Positions 46,711 to 62,092 of a stretch of DNA of 64,000 nucleotides are shown piece by piece. Numbering within the stretch: the stretch's first letter is position 1; the number at the start of each line of letters is the position of its first letter. Origin of the DNA: Mobula birostris (taxonomy: Eukaryota); NCBI RefSeq assembly GCF_030028105.1, contig NC_092384.1:64609095-64673094 (forward strand), written 5' to 3'. Under the pieces are notes generated by a model, which saw only the letters and a program-made list of their open reading frames with translations, searched no databases and had not been told where the DNA came from. The position numbers and the translations under genes are program-made.

Positions 46711-49700
46711 TGGAGGTGCACAAGATGATAAGGGGCCTAGATTGAGTGAATAGCCGAAGACTTTTTTCCCAGAGCAGAAATGGCTAATACAAGAGGGCAT
46801 AGTTTTAAGGTGACTGGAGAAAAGTATTGTGGGGGGTGGGGGTGGGGTGGAGAATATCAGGGGTAGGTATTTTCCACATAGTCATAGGTGCATGGAGCTT
46901 GACGACTGGGTTAGTGGTAGATGGGACATTTAGGAGGCTCTTAGATATGCACATGGATGAAAGAAAAATGAACAACTATTTGGGAAGTAACATTGTAATT
47001 GCAATATTCCAACAAAATTCACCTTAAGTCTGAGGAAGAGACCTTGTATAGTACCTTTTAAATTCAAGGCAATCAAAAGCACTTCACTTCTAAAACTTTG
47101 GAACTATTGGGGTCAGCGATATTTCACTGGAATGTGTTCCACTATTTTCTGTAGGCCGAAGGGCCTGTAATGTGCTCTAGGTTTCTTTGTTCTAGATTCA
47201 AATTTGAAAACTGTTCTTGTAGTTTTGTTGCCAATTTTCAGATGAGGTTTTCCTGGTTGCAGATCTATTTGTGATTGCAGCAACATGAAATGAATTAAGT
47301 GTGTGGTATCATAAATGCCATATTGAAATCTATGAGCAAAGTGTGATTTTAATTTTTTCTTTTTTCTCATCTGATTGATATCATTAGTTTATAATACAAT
47401 AATCTGAAAAGATGACAGTGAATACAGCAGTTTAAGAGAATGTAGGTTTGGGAAGTATTTTTACCAAAATTTGAAGCCCCAGATTATTATTCCAGTAATT
47501 TCAAAAGCTTTCAGGAAGTATTGAAGCCTTTTTAATTTAGTGTGGATCCTGATATGGAAACAGATGGTCTTGACTTGATAAATAAGTTCTTTTCCCTAGA
47601 CATAGTTGAGGTGTCATGAGGGGGTTATTAGTTATGTTCCTTAATGACCTAGAGGTAAAGATGAGATGCAGGAATTTAAATTCGAAAGCAAACTGGATAA
47701 AATCTTGCCTGTGCTGACAGGGATCTAACAAGACAACTTTGATATTTAAACAGATTGAAGATTTTTTTTACTCCAGGAATGTTGTTTATTATTAAGAATG
47801 TTGTTAGTCATAGTCTTGGATTAATTGTAATGGATATTAGAAGAATCATAATGACAAGGACTGATGACCAAGCCCAACCAAGCTACAGATTTGCATTTTG
47901 AAATGTCTGAGGTAAGGAGTAAAACTGGACTGGTGCTCACTCTGAACTTGGTGGTTTTTTTTTTTGAACTACATTAGTGGGATGAGTGTTCAGAGTTCAG
48001 CAGCTTGTTGGAAATAGGACTGAAGTACAATCTTTATTTGAAGAAATGCAAAGTGGCTGATGCATTATTAAATGGTCTGGTTGGAATTGTACGATTAACA
48101 ATCAGTTGTGGGCCGTTTGGCATTAGAAAAAATTGACCCAAGAGGATGGTTGGATAATGCTCCCTTTGGAGGGGGTCAGGGACTAAAGTTCATATTCCTG
48201 AAATAAAGGTGAAGAGAATTGATTTTTTTTTTGCATTTTATTGCAAAACATTTCTTTGCTCTTCCTCTGCTATTTCGCTCATTCTTTAAGTGTACACTTA
48301 TTGAAAACTGCCCATTTTTAATCCTATCCTGCTAAGTTACATTGACTTCTGCTTAAGCACTGCCTCTTTTAAAGAGTTCTTTGTTTCAAATACATCCATG
48401 ACCTTGCCCCTCTATTCCTATAATTTCTATACTCCTCTTCTAGTTTCTTAGTCTTCTGCCAGTTTACTTGAGCAAAGACAGCTGTGTTTTCAGCTGTTGG
48501 ACTGCTCTTTCCTAAGCCACTCTGTTTGTCTACCTTCGCCTGAGTTATTGGCATCTGTCCTTTGGCATAATATCAAATTTTGTCTTGTGAAATGCCTTGG
48601 GAGTTTTAGACAACTTTATACAGAACTGCCACTGTACTTTTAACTATAAAATGTTCCTGCAAGTCCCTGGAAAATATTGTTTCCACATAGCCACTCCTTT
48701 TTTTAAAAAATATATATAATTCAGTAACTCATCTTATTCTTTGACCTTTCATTGTAACATCTTACAATCATGATTTCTTTCACTTCTGAGGCCAACCTAG
48801 TTTTCTGCTGCAGTTCACCTCCATTGAATTGTCTTGGTTTGCCTCCTGAGAGGAAAGAAGCATTGTCTTGTTATGTGCTGTAGCTATACCATGTGGGATG
48901 ACCATATGCCTCTTGCTTATGCCTTCTAGAAGCTTGAAATCCACTGGCTCTGTCCTCTTTTTTTTTAATAGAAATACCATTGCTGTTCTTGCCAGCTGCT
49001 CAGCACTTATTAAAAGGATGTATGAGTAAAATATACATTAATGTTATTAAACTTGTCTGTAAGGTTGTTTTATTGTCTGTAATCTTCACCCAAGCTTCTG
49101 CATAAAGCCACAGCTTTCTGCTCCCTGCTGAATGTATGTTGTTTAAAATAGCTACCCTGTGACTGATGTTCCTGTCATCCCCTGCTCCATCTAGCTTTGC
49201 TCTTTTCCTCCATTGTTTTTGCAAATTTTGATTTTAGGAACTCAATAATCCAGAATGTGTGCTGATGTGGAGAGGAAAATTAGAACTTCATAATTACTGC
49301 TAACTAATTCAGATATAGTAATAATGACACATTATTTTCCGATCATGATTTCTAAAATCTTTTTAGTTCAGCATTTTATTTAGACAAGTTCAGTAAATTT
49401 CTTTCCCTAATCTGGCCTGATTGTGAATGGTCTCTCTGTGTATCTAATATAGAACTGCCCCAGGAAAGTGGAGCTAAAATTTTTGAGAATGAAAGCCCAC
49501 CGTCTTTGAAAGGACATTTAAGTTGCCTGCTGTACCTTTCCCTTGCTGCTCCTGCTTTACATTTTCTCAGTAATGTTGACTTCTCTTTGTGCTGTGATTC
49601 TGTCAAATATTGGTTATCATTCCACAGAAACCCATTCACTATTTCCCTGTCCTCAACTCCGTCACCATCTCAAAGTTCCCTATGACCTATGGGGAAACTT

Positions 49701-49779
49701 AAAAGCTCAAGAAACTAAATCTTCACTGCTGTAAGTGTTGTACAGGTCCTAAATATCTTTGTTGCATTTTTTTCCTCAG

Positions 49780-49856
49780 GTGGATTCTTGGTGTAAGGAA
49801 AATAACTATGTAATAGCTGGATACTACCAGGCAAATGAGCGAATGAAGGACAGCAG
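49780..49856 (+). CDS. EMC8: EMC8 exon 2 (77 nt)
   Basis: cctcag|[25 protein letters not shown]|gt. Confidence 0.95.
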
Positions 49857-49966
49857 GTGTGTAAAATTCTGTAGTTTTAGGATGGGTTATTGTTGGTCAT
49901 AATCACACAAACCTGGAACAGGCCCTTCAACCCAACTGATCCATGCCAACCAAGATTCCCATCTAA

Positions 49967-50672
49967 AGGCTGATTTATACTTGTGCGTCAAATATATGCC
50001 GTAAGTATGCCAATCCTACACCACCGTAGCCTAACGCGCACCTCTCCCAAAATGTAACTACGCGTCATGGCGTCACAGACTGCAACAACTGTGATTGGTC
50101 TGCTTGGTAGCATCACATTTCCACCTACGTAGCAATAGCTTCCCATTGGGCGACTGCAGGGCAGGGAAGGAACTCCGGCTGCAATGTTTTCCATAAAACT
50201 GTACAGACCTCCGAAATTATGGAGGACCCTATGCTTGACGCTAGTCCTGATGACTTCCACCTGAAGCTAAAACTCGAATGATGATTGCCAGTCTCAGAGT
50301 ATACTTTGCGTACACTGATGCAAAATAAATGGTTGGAGACGATGAACCAAATCATCAAGTCTACCTGCCGACATCCGAAAATATTTGAAATGCATTTCCT
50401 CGTCCATGCCTCTCAGTGGCCAGACAAGCACAGAAAATTCACCCTCCTTCAGTTTCAGTTGCCGTTGTTTGAAGTTTGAGTTTCTTTGTGTTGAGTTTCA
50501 ACATGAAGAATCTCAACACAGTGGCTTAGAAACCCCACCGCCAACTAGCGTTTTGGCGGTGAATTGCAGAGCAACGCTGACACACCAACGCACAAGTATA
50601 AGTGCTCACAAGGGTGTAGGCCACTTGCGTAGGCTACGGCGTAAGCTAGTACACACAAGTATAAATCAGCCT
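49967..50672. mobile_element. PIF/Harbinger-type non-autonomous element
   Basis: TIRs AGGCTGATTTATACTTGTG / CACAAGTATAAATCAGCCT with a TAA TSD on both sides. Confidence 0.85.
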
Positions 50673-52569
50673 TAAGCCGATCCCATTTTCCTGTTTGCCT
50701 AAACCCTCTAGAAGGGTTCCATTCCCAACCTTTTTTTTTAATGCCATTGACCCATACCATTAACAGAGGGGTCTGTGTACCCCAGGTTGGGAACCCTGAC
50801 TAAAACTTCCCTATTCATGCATCTGTCAAAATGTAATTTAACTGCTGTTAACAAACTTGCCCCAACCACTTCCTGTGGCAGCTGTGGATGTAAACATTAC
50901 CCCTCGGGTTCCTATTAAATCTCTGTCTTCTCACCTTAAACCTTTACCCACTAGTTCTTGATTCCCCCAAGCTGGGGAAAAGACTGTGACCATTCACTTT
51001 ATCTATGCCCCTCGTAACTTTCTAAACCTTGGTAAGATCGCCTTGTCAAAGTTAAAATTCCAGCTAACCTTCTGAATCCTGCTTTTCTTATTACGCCCTG
51101 CTGTCTAACTTGAAAAGTGATAGTTAATTGACTGTGAACAAAGTCATTGTCACGTACAGAAGAAAACACTTGGCTTCCTGTTTTTGTAGGCAGCTGTGAT
51201 CATGTATTCCAGAGGGGAGATGAATCATGAGATCCAAATTAAAATATTTTCTGTGGTTTCAGTCAGTCAGGTTTGGGAACACAATTTCTAAAATTCATTA
51301 CTTGTTGTTTTGCTAAGTAGGGTTGCTCAACTTTTAAATTGATTCAGTCTCTTGGAGGAGTTCTGATGGTACAAACTGATTGTGAGGGAGCCTCCAGAAA
51401 GATTGTAGTCAAGTAGGGGCCTCATCACCTTGGCAGTAAGCTGTGGGCTTGAAAGTACTAGCTAAGTCCTGAAAGAAGAACAGGTTTAAAAACAAAGTTG
51501 TGCCCACCATTTAAAAGGCCTTTGAGATGGCAGTACTATTTTTGTGATGGTATACTCTGGCTGAAGTATAATTGGCACTGGATTAATCCTTGTGCAGTGG
51601 TGTGAAAGAAAAAAGTCAGCTATTTTTTGTTGTTTGTCAGTCTTTTCCTCTTTGTGTAGTTTTTTTCCTGTAAATGCCTGCCAGAAAATGAATAGAACAG
51701 GCGTACTTTGAAAATTTACTTTGAACATCAGAAGCAAACACTTCTTAAGAAAGTGCAAAACTAACTGAAATTCTGATTGGCTTATCTTGCTTTGTTTTTT
51801 TTTATAACTCCTATTTGTTTCAGCAAATATTTCTGGCATCAGCCTCAAATTGTCAGGAATTATTTGTCCCTTGGAGGTCTTTGCACACAGTCAGGATCAA
51901 CACATCCTGGCATTAAAGTCCATTATTGTTAACTTAATATCTGACCAGCGGCTGAGAAATGAGTCTTTCTAAAAACGGAACTGTTTAAGACATCAAACTT
52001 CACTTAATGCACAACTTTTACCAAATATTAGTTGTAGTGCAATTCCAAAAGCGAATGTTTTGGGTAAACATCACTGTTTCGCTATTCTGATACTTTTGGT
52101 ATTCACTCACTAAGGGCTACTCAAGGCCAGGGGAACACTCACTGAATGCTTCGCTGCCCTTGAGCGAGACAGTTTTTTGTTTATTAAAGACCTTTATTCC
52201 TAGACCCTTGGCTCTCTTATACAAATAAATTGATGATAATTTATATTAGGGCATAAGGGAGTGGTGAGGTGTTCAGTGGGATTGGAAAATTAAAATGGCA
52301 GGAAAGAGTTGTGACGGTTTGAATACTAAGTTCAAGTATTTTAATTTCTTGGTTCGATTGAAGTTGCCTTGCCTTTTCTGTAGTTTTGTCCTAAACTTTG
52401 CACAGGCTCATTGGTTGCTGAATGACCTGTTGTAAAATAGTCACTGATGCTTAATTGCAGAATATACCATTCTTCCTTCCTGATTAAATGAATGAGGAGC
52501 AAAAGTCACACCTGATGTACAATAAGATTTTGTTCATTTGGTACTGTGCCTGAAGTAGCCAGTATGTGA

Positions 52570-52695
<126 letters not shown>

Positions 52696-53450
52696 TAAGT
52701 GTCATGTCAGCTTTAATAGAACAAGGCTGTTTAGTGTTTGAATTAAACATTTATGGATCAGGAACCAATATGCTTATTGTACCCTTGGTGATTAAATTTC
52801 AGGACAATTACTGAAAATGTTGGCTCTGGGGCAGGGCTTCCCAACCTTTTTGTTTCATGCCAAGGACCCGTACCATTAGCCGTGGGGTCTGTGGACCCCA
52901 GGTTGGGAATGAATCACTCTTCGAGAGTATTACAGATTAGAAAATCCTCACTTCAATTAAAAATTTATTTTTAGACTGAATTTGATTCTCTGATCCCTTC
53001 TGAGAGAGTAGGTAGATCTATAACAACAATATTCTACAGGAACCCAACTGGTTGAGCTGCCTTTGTGGGAAGAGAAGAATTGTTGAGTTATTTAAGTTAA
53101 AGCCCTGCATCAGGACTGATTTGGAGAAGCAAGCTGGTGAGGGTAGAGAAGGAGAGTGCCAAGAAGAGATTCTGAGGCAATTGGTACAAGATGATACCTG
53201 TAGTGCCAGGTAAGGGAGGTGAGTGGGAATGGAGTTGAAGGCTGTGGCAGGTGAGTGATAGAGGCATAGGTAGATCTGTGGTTGGAACCAGTGTGTGAAA
53301 CTGCCACAAACTAATACCAATTATGGGAACCCCAAAGGCTGAAAGTGGTGGTGAAGAGAGAAACAATGCCACATCAGTTTCACTTGTGATTCTGCCATGC
53401 CATAGGTTATTCTGCTTATAATACTTTGACTCTAGCAATTCTCTTTTAAG

Positions 53451-53545
53451 GTTGATAATCATAAATTTACAATGGACTGTGAAGAACAATCTATTGTAGT
53501 ATATGAACATCATGAAAACAAGTGGCGATGCAAAGACCCAAATAC
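53451..53545 (+). CDS. EMC8: EMC8 exon 4 (95 nt)
   Basis: tttaag|[31 protein letters not shown]|gtgagt. Confidence 0.95.
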
Positions 53546-54619
53546 GTGAGTAGAAATGTTAATTTGCATAGGTTGTGCACTAATTGATTTTCCATGTGGG
53601 GAAGAAAGAGCATGTATCCATGTATGTTTTAATTTGAAAATATCTACAGTAGCTTGGTTAATATCACTGTCTGCAAGATCCCCACCAGAGATCTGAATAT
53701 CAAATGGGGGGGGGGGGGAGAAGATGCTGTGCTGTCAGATCTTCAGTGGAGTGCCTAATTAGAGGGATTCCCTACCACTTTTTCACCAAGGTGATCTCCC
53801 CTGCTCTTCAATGATAATTGTTATCAATATTTCACAACATGCTTATTTTGAAGAATCTGAAGAAAATCAAGACATTGCGTGCTTTGTGCAACAATAACTG
53901 AACTAGTCCTCATTCTTTCTGACCCTTGATATTTTCTTTCATGCTTATCCATCTTCCTTTTGAATGCTGAATCTGTGTCAATCTGCCTCTCTACCAGAGG
54001 CCTTTAGGTTCAGATCCAGGGAATAACTGTTAAACACAGTTTACTTAAAAGTACATACTCTTTATTAGCAAGCTTGCGTTCTCAGTTGGCAACACAGTCT
54101 CTGTTCACCGAGCTTGAGAAAACCTGCGGCCAAGTGAGCCCAGAATACTGTGTGGAGCCGCTGTTATACATTGTTTTCACATACAGATAAGGGTAGACCG
54201 AGAAGCTTCTCATGGAACAAAAACTTCTTTGTTCATACATTATTCTCACAGAACGACTTGTCAAGTTGCCAATAAGTCAGTGAGGTTCCAGTCCTTTTAA
54301 TTCTGCATATAATTCCTCATTTGCACTCAAGACTCTCACCAGCACCTACAAGGGCAATTGCTTAGCTACTGTCCGGCACTTTTGTGCATTTAAATATCAC
54401 CTATCAGATGCCCTTGTAATCTCCCATTCGAAGAACAGCCCCAACCTCTCCAGGTTACTGACACGATTAAATTTTTTCATCAAATGTCACCTACAGTAAT
54501 TCCCATCTACATCCTGCAAGTCCTTTGCATGTTTCTTGGACTGGGGACTGTACTGCACTTGTGTTTGAAACAAAATTTATCATGATGTCCTTATCCTAGT
54601 ATTTTATGCCTATTTATAA

Positions 54620-56450
54620 AGTTCAAAGTAAATTTACTATGGCAGTACATGTCACCATATACAACCTGACATTCACTTTCTTGCCAGTCTACTCAATAAA
54701 TTTATAATAGAATCAAAGACTGCAGGAACTTGCATGTTCAACAGTGTGCAAAAGACGACAAACTGTACAAATAGAAAAAGAAAGATTAATAAATAATGAA
54801 CATCAAGAACCTAAGGTGAAGAGTCCTTGAAAGTGAGTCCATAGCTTCTGCGAATATTCCAATGAAAGGGCAAGTGAAGTTGAGTGGAATTATCCCCCTT
54901 GGTTCAAGAGCCTGATGGTTGAGGTGTAATAACTGTTCCTGAACCTGATGGTGAATCCTGAGACTCCTGTACCGCCTTCCTGATGGCAGCAGTGAGAAGA
55001 GAGCGTGGCTTGGTTGGTGGGGGGGGTCACTGATGATGGATGTTGCTTTTCCACACAGTGGTTTTACCACTTGATGGCTTTAACATATCCGTTACTTTTT
55101 CATGTAGGATTTTCTGTTCAAGGGCATTGATGTTTCCATGCCAGGTTGTGAAGTAGCCAGTCAATACACTCTCTACCACTCTTATGTAGAAGCTCTTCAA
55201 AGTTTTAGATGTCATGTGGAATCTTCTCGAACTCCTAAGAAGAGGCGCTGCAGTGCTTTCTTCATTCGTGCGCTTGTGTGCTGGGCCCAGGACAGGTCCT
55301 CCACAATGATAACACCAAGGAATTTAAAGTTGCTGACCCTCTCCACCTCTGACAACCCAACGAGGACTGGGTCATGGACCTCTAGTTTACTCTTTCTGAA
55401 GTCAATAATCAGTTCATTGATCTTGCTGACATTGACAGTGAGGAGCCAATGAGATGGTAGCAACTGTGGAACTATTGGTCCGGTGAGCAAATTTGTGTGC
55501 ATCCAAGTCACTTCTCAGGCGGGGGTTGATATGTTTCATCATCAACTTCTCAAAACACTTTATCACAGTGGATGTAAGTGCTACTAGACAGTAGTCATTG
55601 AGGCAGGTTGTCACATTCATTTTGGGCACCAGTGTAAGTGAAGTCTGCTTGGAGCAGGTAGGTACCTCGGACTGTTGAAGTGAGGGTTTAAAGATCTCAG
55701 TGAACACTCCAGCCAGTTGATCAGCACAGGTCTTTAGTAATTGGCCAGGTACCCTGTCTGGGCCTGATGCTTTTCATGAAGGCTGCTTGCAGATCAGCCT
55801 CAGGACTGAAATCACAGGATCATCAGGAGCTCTAGGAGTTTGTGGTGGTCCCTCCATGTTTTAACGGTCAAACCAAGCACAGAAGATATTGAGCTCATCT
55901 GCAAGTGAACCCCTCTTGTCTATGCCACCTGATTTGAAGTGATAGCAGTCAAGCCCTGCCACAACTATTGAGCATCCTTCATTGTTTCAAGTTTAGTCTG
56001 GAATTGTGACTCAGTCCACGAAATGGCTTTCTGGAGATTGTACCTGGACCTCTTGTAACTTTCTTGGTCACTGGACTTGAATACTGCTGACCGGGTCTTC
56101 AGCAGATTACGAAATTCATGGTTCATTCAGGGCTTCTCATTCGTTAAGACTCTGAATGATTTTGTGGGGATGCACTCGTCTGCCACTGTTTTAATAAAGT
56201 TGTGACAACCATGGTGTATTCATTCAGATCCACAGATAAGTTCTTGAACACGGCTCAGTCCACTGACTCGTAGTAATTCTGTAGCTGCCCCTTTGACTCC
56301 CGCGGCTGCATCTTGGTTGTCCTAATTTCTAGTGCTTTGCTCTTTAGCCTCTTCCTGTATGCAGGTAGAAGGACAGCCAAGTGCTCAGATTTACCAAACT
56401 GCGGTCTGGGCATGATCCAGTAGGCATTCCTTGTATTAGTACCGCAGTAG
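54620..56450 (-). mobile_element. Rex1-type LINE, degenerate (end of APE, RT, 3' tail) in EMC8 intron 4
   Basis: ORF fragments 56255-56608 (PRPQFGKSEHLAVLLPAY), 55414-55707 (NDYCLVALTS..KCFEKL) and 55212-55511 (FKFLGV). Confidence 0.85.
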
Positions 56451-58092
56451 TCTTGTGTGTTCAGTAGTCCAGTACCTTGCATAATTTTCTTAATTTCCCA
56501 ACCACCTTGCTGTTTAGAACAAATTAAACACACTGTTCTTGTATTGAATTGTGCCGTATTCTTATTGCCTCTATTTTCTACCAAAAAATACAGTACTCTG
56601 CAGTTCATAAAATTTTCATCTGCTATCTAACCCCTGCAAACACACACCCCAATCCAGGCTGTCTTTAAGTCGGTCTATCTTTTCCCTCAGTTCATTTATT
56701 CCATCTTAATTTGCAGATTCCAAAACCTGAAATTGTGTCCCCAAGTCGATACAGAAGTAAAAGCGCTCATTCTGTTGACCCTTGGAATTTACCATTCATT
56801 TGTCTGGAAAAACAAATTTGTTTTAGTACTTTCAATTTTTTGTGTGTGACTACTGTCTGCCATTAAATGACTTGAGTCTTGATGACAAGCTATTAATTTG
56901 TCATTTTAAAACGTTCTTTGAGCTGTAAGTTAAAATTGCCATTCTCTTCAGGAAACACTATTGGAGACCTCAAATGGCTTCTCATCTGCATTTCTGGTTT
57001 GAGAGAAATCTATTACTGCAATGGATAATATTAAATGGAATGTAAAATTTATCTCCCCTCACCGTGGTACCTTGCATGTTTCTAACTTAAGTCGGAGAAT
57101 GAGCAGTCTCATTGTCTGCCTTTACCAGCTTCAAAAGTCATCTAATTGGAGTAGGATCATTTATTTCAAATTGCTGTAAATGCACTTGAAAGTACTGAAA
57201 GCACTTGTTTTGAGTCACTTATCAGAATTGACAAGTTTACCTTAACAGTTGTTCCAGTGTTAAATATCTCCTTGCATTACTTGCATTTATTAATTGGCCA
57301 AAGATAACATTGAAATTCCATTTCAAATAATTCCTTGTTAAAAGGAATGTTGTCCCAAATATAGAAGAGTAAGAACTTTTGGTGATGAGAAGGAGTTGGA
57401 TTTAACCTGCAACTTTGTGTAAACTCTAGAGCAGGGGTTCCCAACAATGTTTATGCTATGGACCAACACCATTAAGCAAGAGGTCTGTGAACCCCAGGTT
57501 GGGAACCCCCTGCCCTGGAGTGTTGGCTGTTTGTTTAATAGGGTGCTGTGCAAAGGTCTTGGGTGCCTAAGACTTTGATACAGAATGGTATTTCTCAACG
57601 TGGAATTGAGAGGGAGTTTTAAAATCTGGCGGGAGCAAAAGATATTTAGAATGATGAGGGTGGGGCAAGTGGCAGAGGAGTGCCAGGGATGGGGGGTGCT
57701 AGCAAGGTTGCAAGACACACCCCTGAGACACCAGAGATCATTTGATTTCAAACAATTGGTTTATTGATCATTACAGAATGTCTCTCTGGTACTTCCTGCT
57801 CCCTCCCCTTTTCCCAACCATGATTCCCCTCTCCCTGCCCCCCTCCCACTCTCAGTCCACAATGGAGACCCATATCAGAATCGTGTTTATCATCACTCAC
57901 ATATGTCATGAATTTTTGTTTTGGTGGCAGCAGTACAGTGCAATATATAAAATTACTATAGTATTATGCAAAAGTCTTGGCATCCTAGCTATATATGTGC
58001 CTAAGACTTTTGCACAGTATTGTACATTTCAGAATTTGGAACAAGCCCGTAATTTCTAACTTGTATTCATCGGAATAATTTATTTTGTACAG

Positions 58093-58252
58093 AGATTTCT
58101 GTGAAGATTGGTCAGAGGTGCAGCGAATCACAACCTGTCTACTGGATGGTAAATCCTATGACTCCTTGGTGGATTTTGATAACCACATGGATGATCTCAG
58201 GAATGATTGGACAAACCCAGAGATCAACAAAGCTGTCCTCCATTTCTGCTGA
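58093..58252 (+). CDS. EMC8: EMC8 exon 5, last coding exon
   Basis: gtacag|[52 protein letters not shown]. The five exons sum to 606 nt = 201 aa + stop. Confidence 0.96.
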
Positions 58253-61203
58253 TTCACCGTTATGTGAATATTCTTGGGCATTCTCTTGACAAGTGGAAAT
58301 GTGCAGCTGCCTTTGGCTGTAATGCGTTACCCTTTTGAATGTGAAGTCTGAACAGTAAAATGAAAGTCAAAACGTTGAGCACTCCAGTTCACTGCCAAGA
58401 GGTATCAAGATTTTCAAATCTCCTGATAATTGAGCCATGGGTCTCTTTGGCTTCCTCAGGAAAACAAGATTTGCAGTCAAATTGCCCTTTCTTTCTGTTA
58501 AATCAGATTTTGGATATTTCTAAAGATGTGAGTTATTGTGTAATTTGAAAAGAATTCATCAGTTGTTAACACTGTAAGAATAACTTGTGTTTAAACAATT
58601 ATTTGATTAAATCAATTTAAACAGCTCTTGACAATAGCTGTAGTTGATATTTCTCTTCAGTTGCTAATGCAGTTCCTCCAATATTTAGGCATTTGATCCT
58701 CTTAATTTACACAGGTAAGTGTGCAAACTTTCAGTTGAGAAAATAAGTTTGAGATTTAGGGCTTTGGACAAACTAAATGATTACATTTCAAAGAGATTTC
58801 ACTTGTTCTAAAGCATTTTTGGCTTTTTTGAGTTCTGTGAAAGAAAGGTTTTGCGTTAATCATATCAGTAACATTTTGAGGAATCCATTAATTTGAAACT
58901 GATTCTTTGTATAACAGCATTCTAATTGGAAAACAAATCTTTAAATTGCATTCAAGTACCTGACATGATATTTTGAACATCTGATTCTTGATCCTTGTAG
59001 TCCATGTATTCTATCAAATGTTTTAAAGGAGTGAGTAAGAATGATTTGTCATGAAATGTTCATAACTTTTTGAAATTCTCATAATTCATTTAATTTGGAT
59101 TTGTTTTATTACATCCAAGCTTTCCGTTAGTAAACCACTGATCTTGAAATTACAAATCTGTGTGCAGCCTAGTGTCTGTAAACTTTTCATAAACTAATAT
59201 TGTACAGTATATTTCCATTTGCCGTCTACTTGGGATCTGGGATATACAAATAAGTTGCCATATTGTCATTAATCTTTTTTGGTTACGGTGCACAAAGTTG
59301 TTCTTCATTTGTTATCCCCACTGATGTTCCCAAATTTTTAAAAACTGCAAAATAATTCAAAGCTTAGTATTTCCATTGGAGGGCACTTGAATTTCTGTTT
59401 GGGTAATGAAATAATTACTTTTTTCATGATTATAATTGCTTACCGAAGCGTGTTAAAATGTGTTTGACTATTCTGGTTCTGAAGTTGACCTGTTGTTCAA
59501 TTAGTCACATACTACCATATTTTTCACAGTACAATAGTTTCTGACTGATACGAAAAACTCTTGTACATTTTTGTGAATGTATATTCTGCAGCTAAGCTAC
59601 AATCAGCCTCAGCACCTGTGGAAGGAGAAACAGTTAACATTCTTTTCAAAGATCTTTCATCACATAGTTCTTTAACTCGACATATGAACTTTTTCTCCCC
59701 CCCCCCCCCCCCACAGGTGCCCTGGACCTTAATTTTTTATTCAAGATTTTCACTGCATTTTTTTTATTCTTTCAAGTCTTAGTTTAAATCTAGTCAAAAT
59801 TCCTTTCTTTTAGTTCTGAGCTGTGTACCAACAAACATTCTTGTTCAGGCTTGGAGATGAGATGTTAGCATTGAGAGGAAATCCAAAGCTACAAATAGTT
59901 AATAAAAACAAATTAACTGAATTCTTCCACCAAAGTAAATTTATGTTGGTTCCTTATTTCCTGAAGTATGTTCCATGGAGAACTGCAGTCTGCTTGGATC
60001 AGTTAACATGGTTTTTGCTCTGCAAAAGAAAAGTATATTTTGCTCTTTTATTATGTTGTGATTCAACATGGTGAGAAGATTTTAATACATCTTTACAGAG
60101 CAGGAGCCAAAAGAAACTGGTTGCATCTCATCTTTCACCTGCTGAAAGAAGCAATTGTCATTCTTCTCTTCTTCATCTCACCCCCCCCCCATTGATTCTT
60201 CCAAGATTGTCCTCAAAGCAGTTGCCAGAAGATTTTATTTGAAATTGGGTCACAGATCAGCTGTGATCTCATTGGGATAATGGTTTAAGGGTCTAATTTG
60301 CCTGTGTCTATTCCTTTTGAAGTTTTCATAGTTTGTACTTTGTTCTAACCACTTAAATCCACTATTTACAAAAAGAAAATGTCATTTAAATGTAAATATT
60401 ACTGTTTAAACTCAAAGGAATACTTTATTCTTTATAACAAAGGCTTTAAGTTTTGGTAGGGTAACAATGGGAGACAAATTGCCATATAAAACTTTTGAAA
60501 TTATTTTCAAAAACTATCTTGAATGAGTACAGTAATGTCTGTTAAACATAACGTTGGTTATGTTAAATGCGCTGTAGCATGAAAGACAAACTAGGTTGAA
60601 GTGGGTAAGAAAAAATGCTTAATAGCTTAAGAGTACAAAGCTGAAACTGCAAGGGGATTGTATATGGTTACAGTCAATGATTCGATACTACTGATTCAAA
60701 GCATTTATCCTTTCATCCTTTTCAGGTCCTGACTGACCTGATTCTAATGTTATGTAATTTTCATTTCCAGCATTTGATTTTCATCTAATAAAAATACAAA
60801 ATATTTTCAAAGCAGTCTTTTTTTTCCTAAATGAAGTTTGATTATTGCAGCTCAGGAATAAGATTTTACTGGTGCCTTGCAAGAGCTACCCATCCTCCTT
60901 GACTTTAGCAACCCTTAACGGAACAATGAGCATGGGCAACGTGAAAGAGCCATTTAAACTTTGGGCCACAGTCGATGGTATTCTAAAGTTTTTTTTTCAA
61001 TTAATTGCTCGAACTTGCTGTGATACTTAATCTCTTTATCTGAGGTGTAATTGCTATTTAGTTCATTAAAGCTAATTGTTTCTCCTGCAACTTGCCTATG
61101 CTGATGGTAACAGACCCCACACAGACATGGAGAGAATATGCAATCCCCATATGGCCAACAGCCAAACGCAGGGTTGAATCTAGAGCTTTGCCGCGGCAGT
61201 AAC

Positions 61204-62092
61204 TGCTACGTCTACACTACGCCGGATAATTTTGAAAACGCCGGTTTCGAGTAAAAACGATAGGCGTCCACACTACTTAGTGCGCGTTTGTCCAGTTACA
61301 GAGTAGAAAAACTTTAAAGGAATTGCTGTTGGCTCTCGCGTAGGAGGACTTAAAAACACGAATACTAGAGCGTATGGAGGCAACTGACAGGGAGTTCACG
61401 GACAGTATGATCCAGCTGACATCGAACATTGAAAAAACGGACTATGTTGTATTAATAAAGCACCTTGTTAAATGTATAAAACGTCTGCATCAGTGTTATC
61501 TTGTATTTCCATACAATGTTACATTAGGCTGTTACACATCTATTGTCAGAGAAGTACTTGCATAAATAGGTAAGCCACCTTCATACAAGCAAGGACAGAA
61601 AACAGGGCAAAGTGAGTATAATTTATTCAGTAAGCTATGGGTCAAAGTATTTGGTGAGTATATTTCTAACCCTTCTGGCTTCAGTCTCGTTGCCGTCTTC
61701 TGAAATTGTTAGGTGGTTGCGTTCAAGAAAATAACAAATATCTGTTCCGGCACGTCATGACAGCGTTTTTAAGTAGTCAGAAAAGCTCACTTTACAATTT
61801 AACTTTCACGCCGTTTACACCAACTGCGCGTTATAACAGCTTGCGCAGTGCCAAGCAGAAGCAGAAAAAAGCATTGTTGTGGTGTTGTCATGACAACGTT
61901 TTTAAATCTCTCCGTTTACCCCGTACACACTACGCCGGCTATTAAGCGTTTTCAGATTTATTCACTCTAGAGAGTGTTTTCGAAAATCTCCGTTTTCGGG
62001 GGCGGAAAACGCCGTTTCAGTGTGGACAGGAGGGCAAAATGAAGAGAAAAAACTTCGTTTTCAAAATCATCCGGCGTAGTGTGGACATACCC
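61204..62092. mobile_element. PIF/Harbinger-type non-autonomous element
   Basis: About 35-bp imperfect TIRs gctacgtc(t/c)acactacgccggat.attttgaaaacg; CpG-rich interior. The TSD is unclear. Confidence 0.75.
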
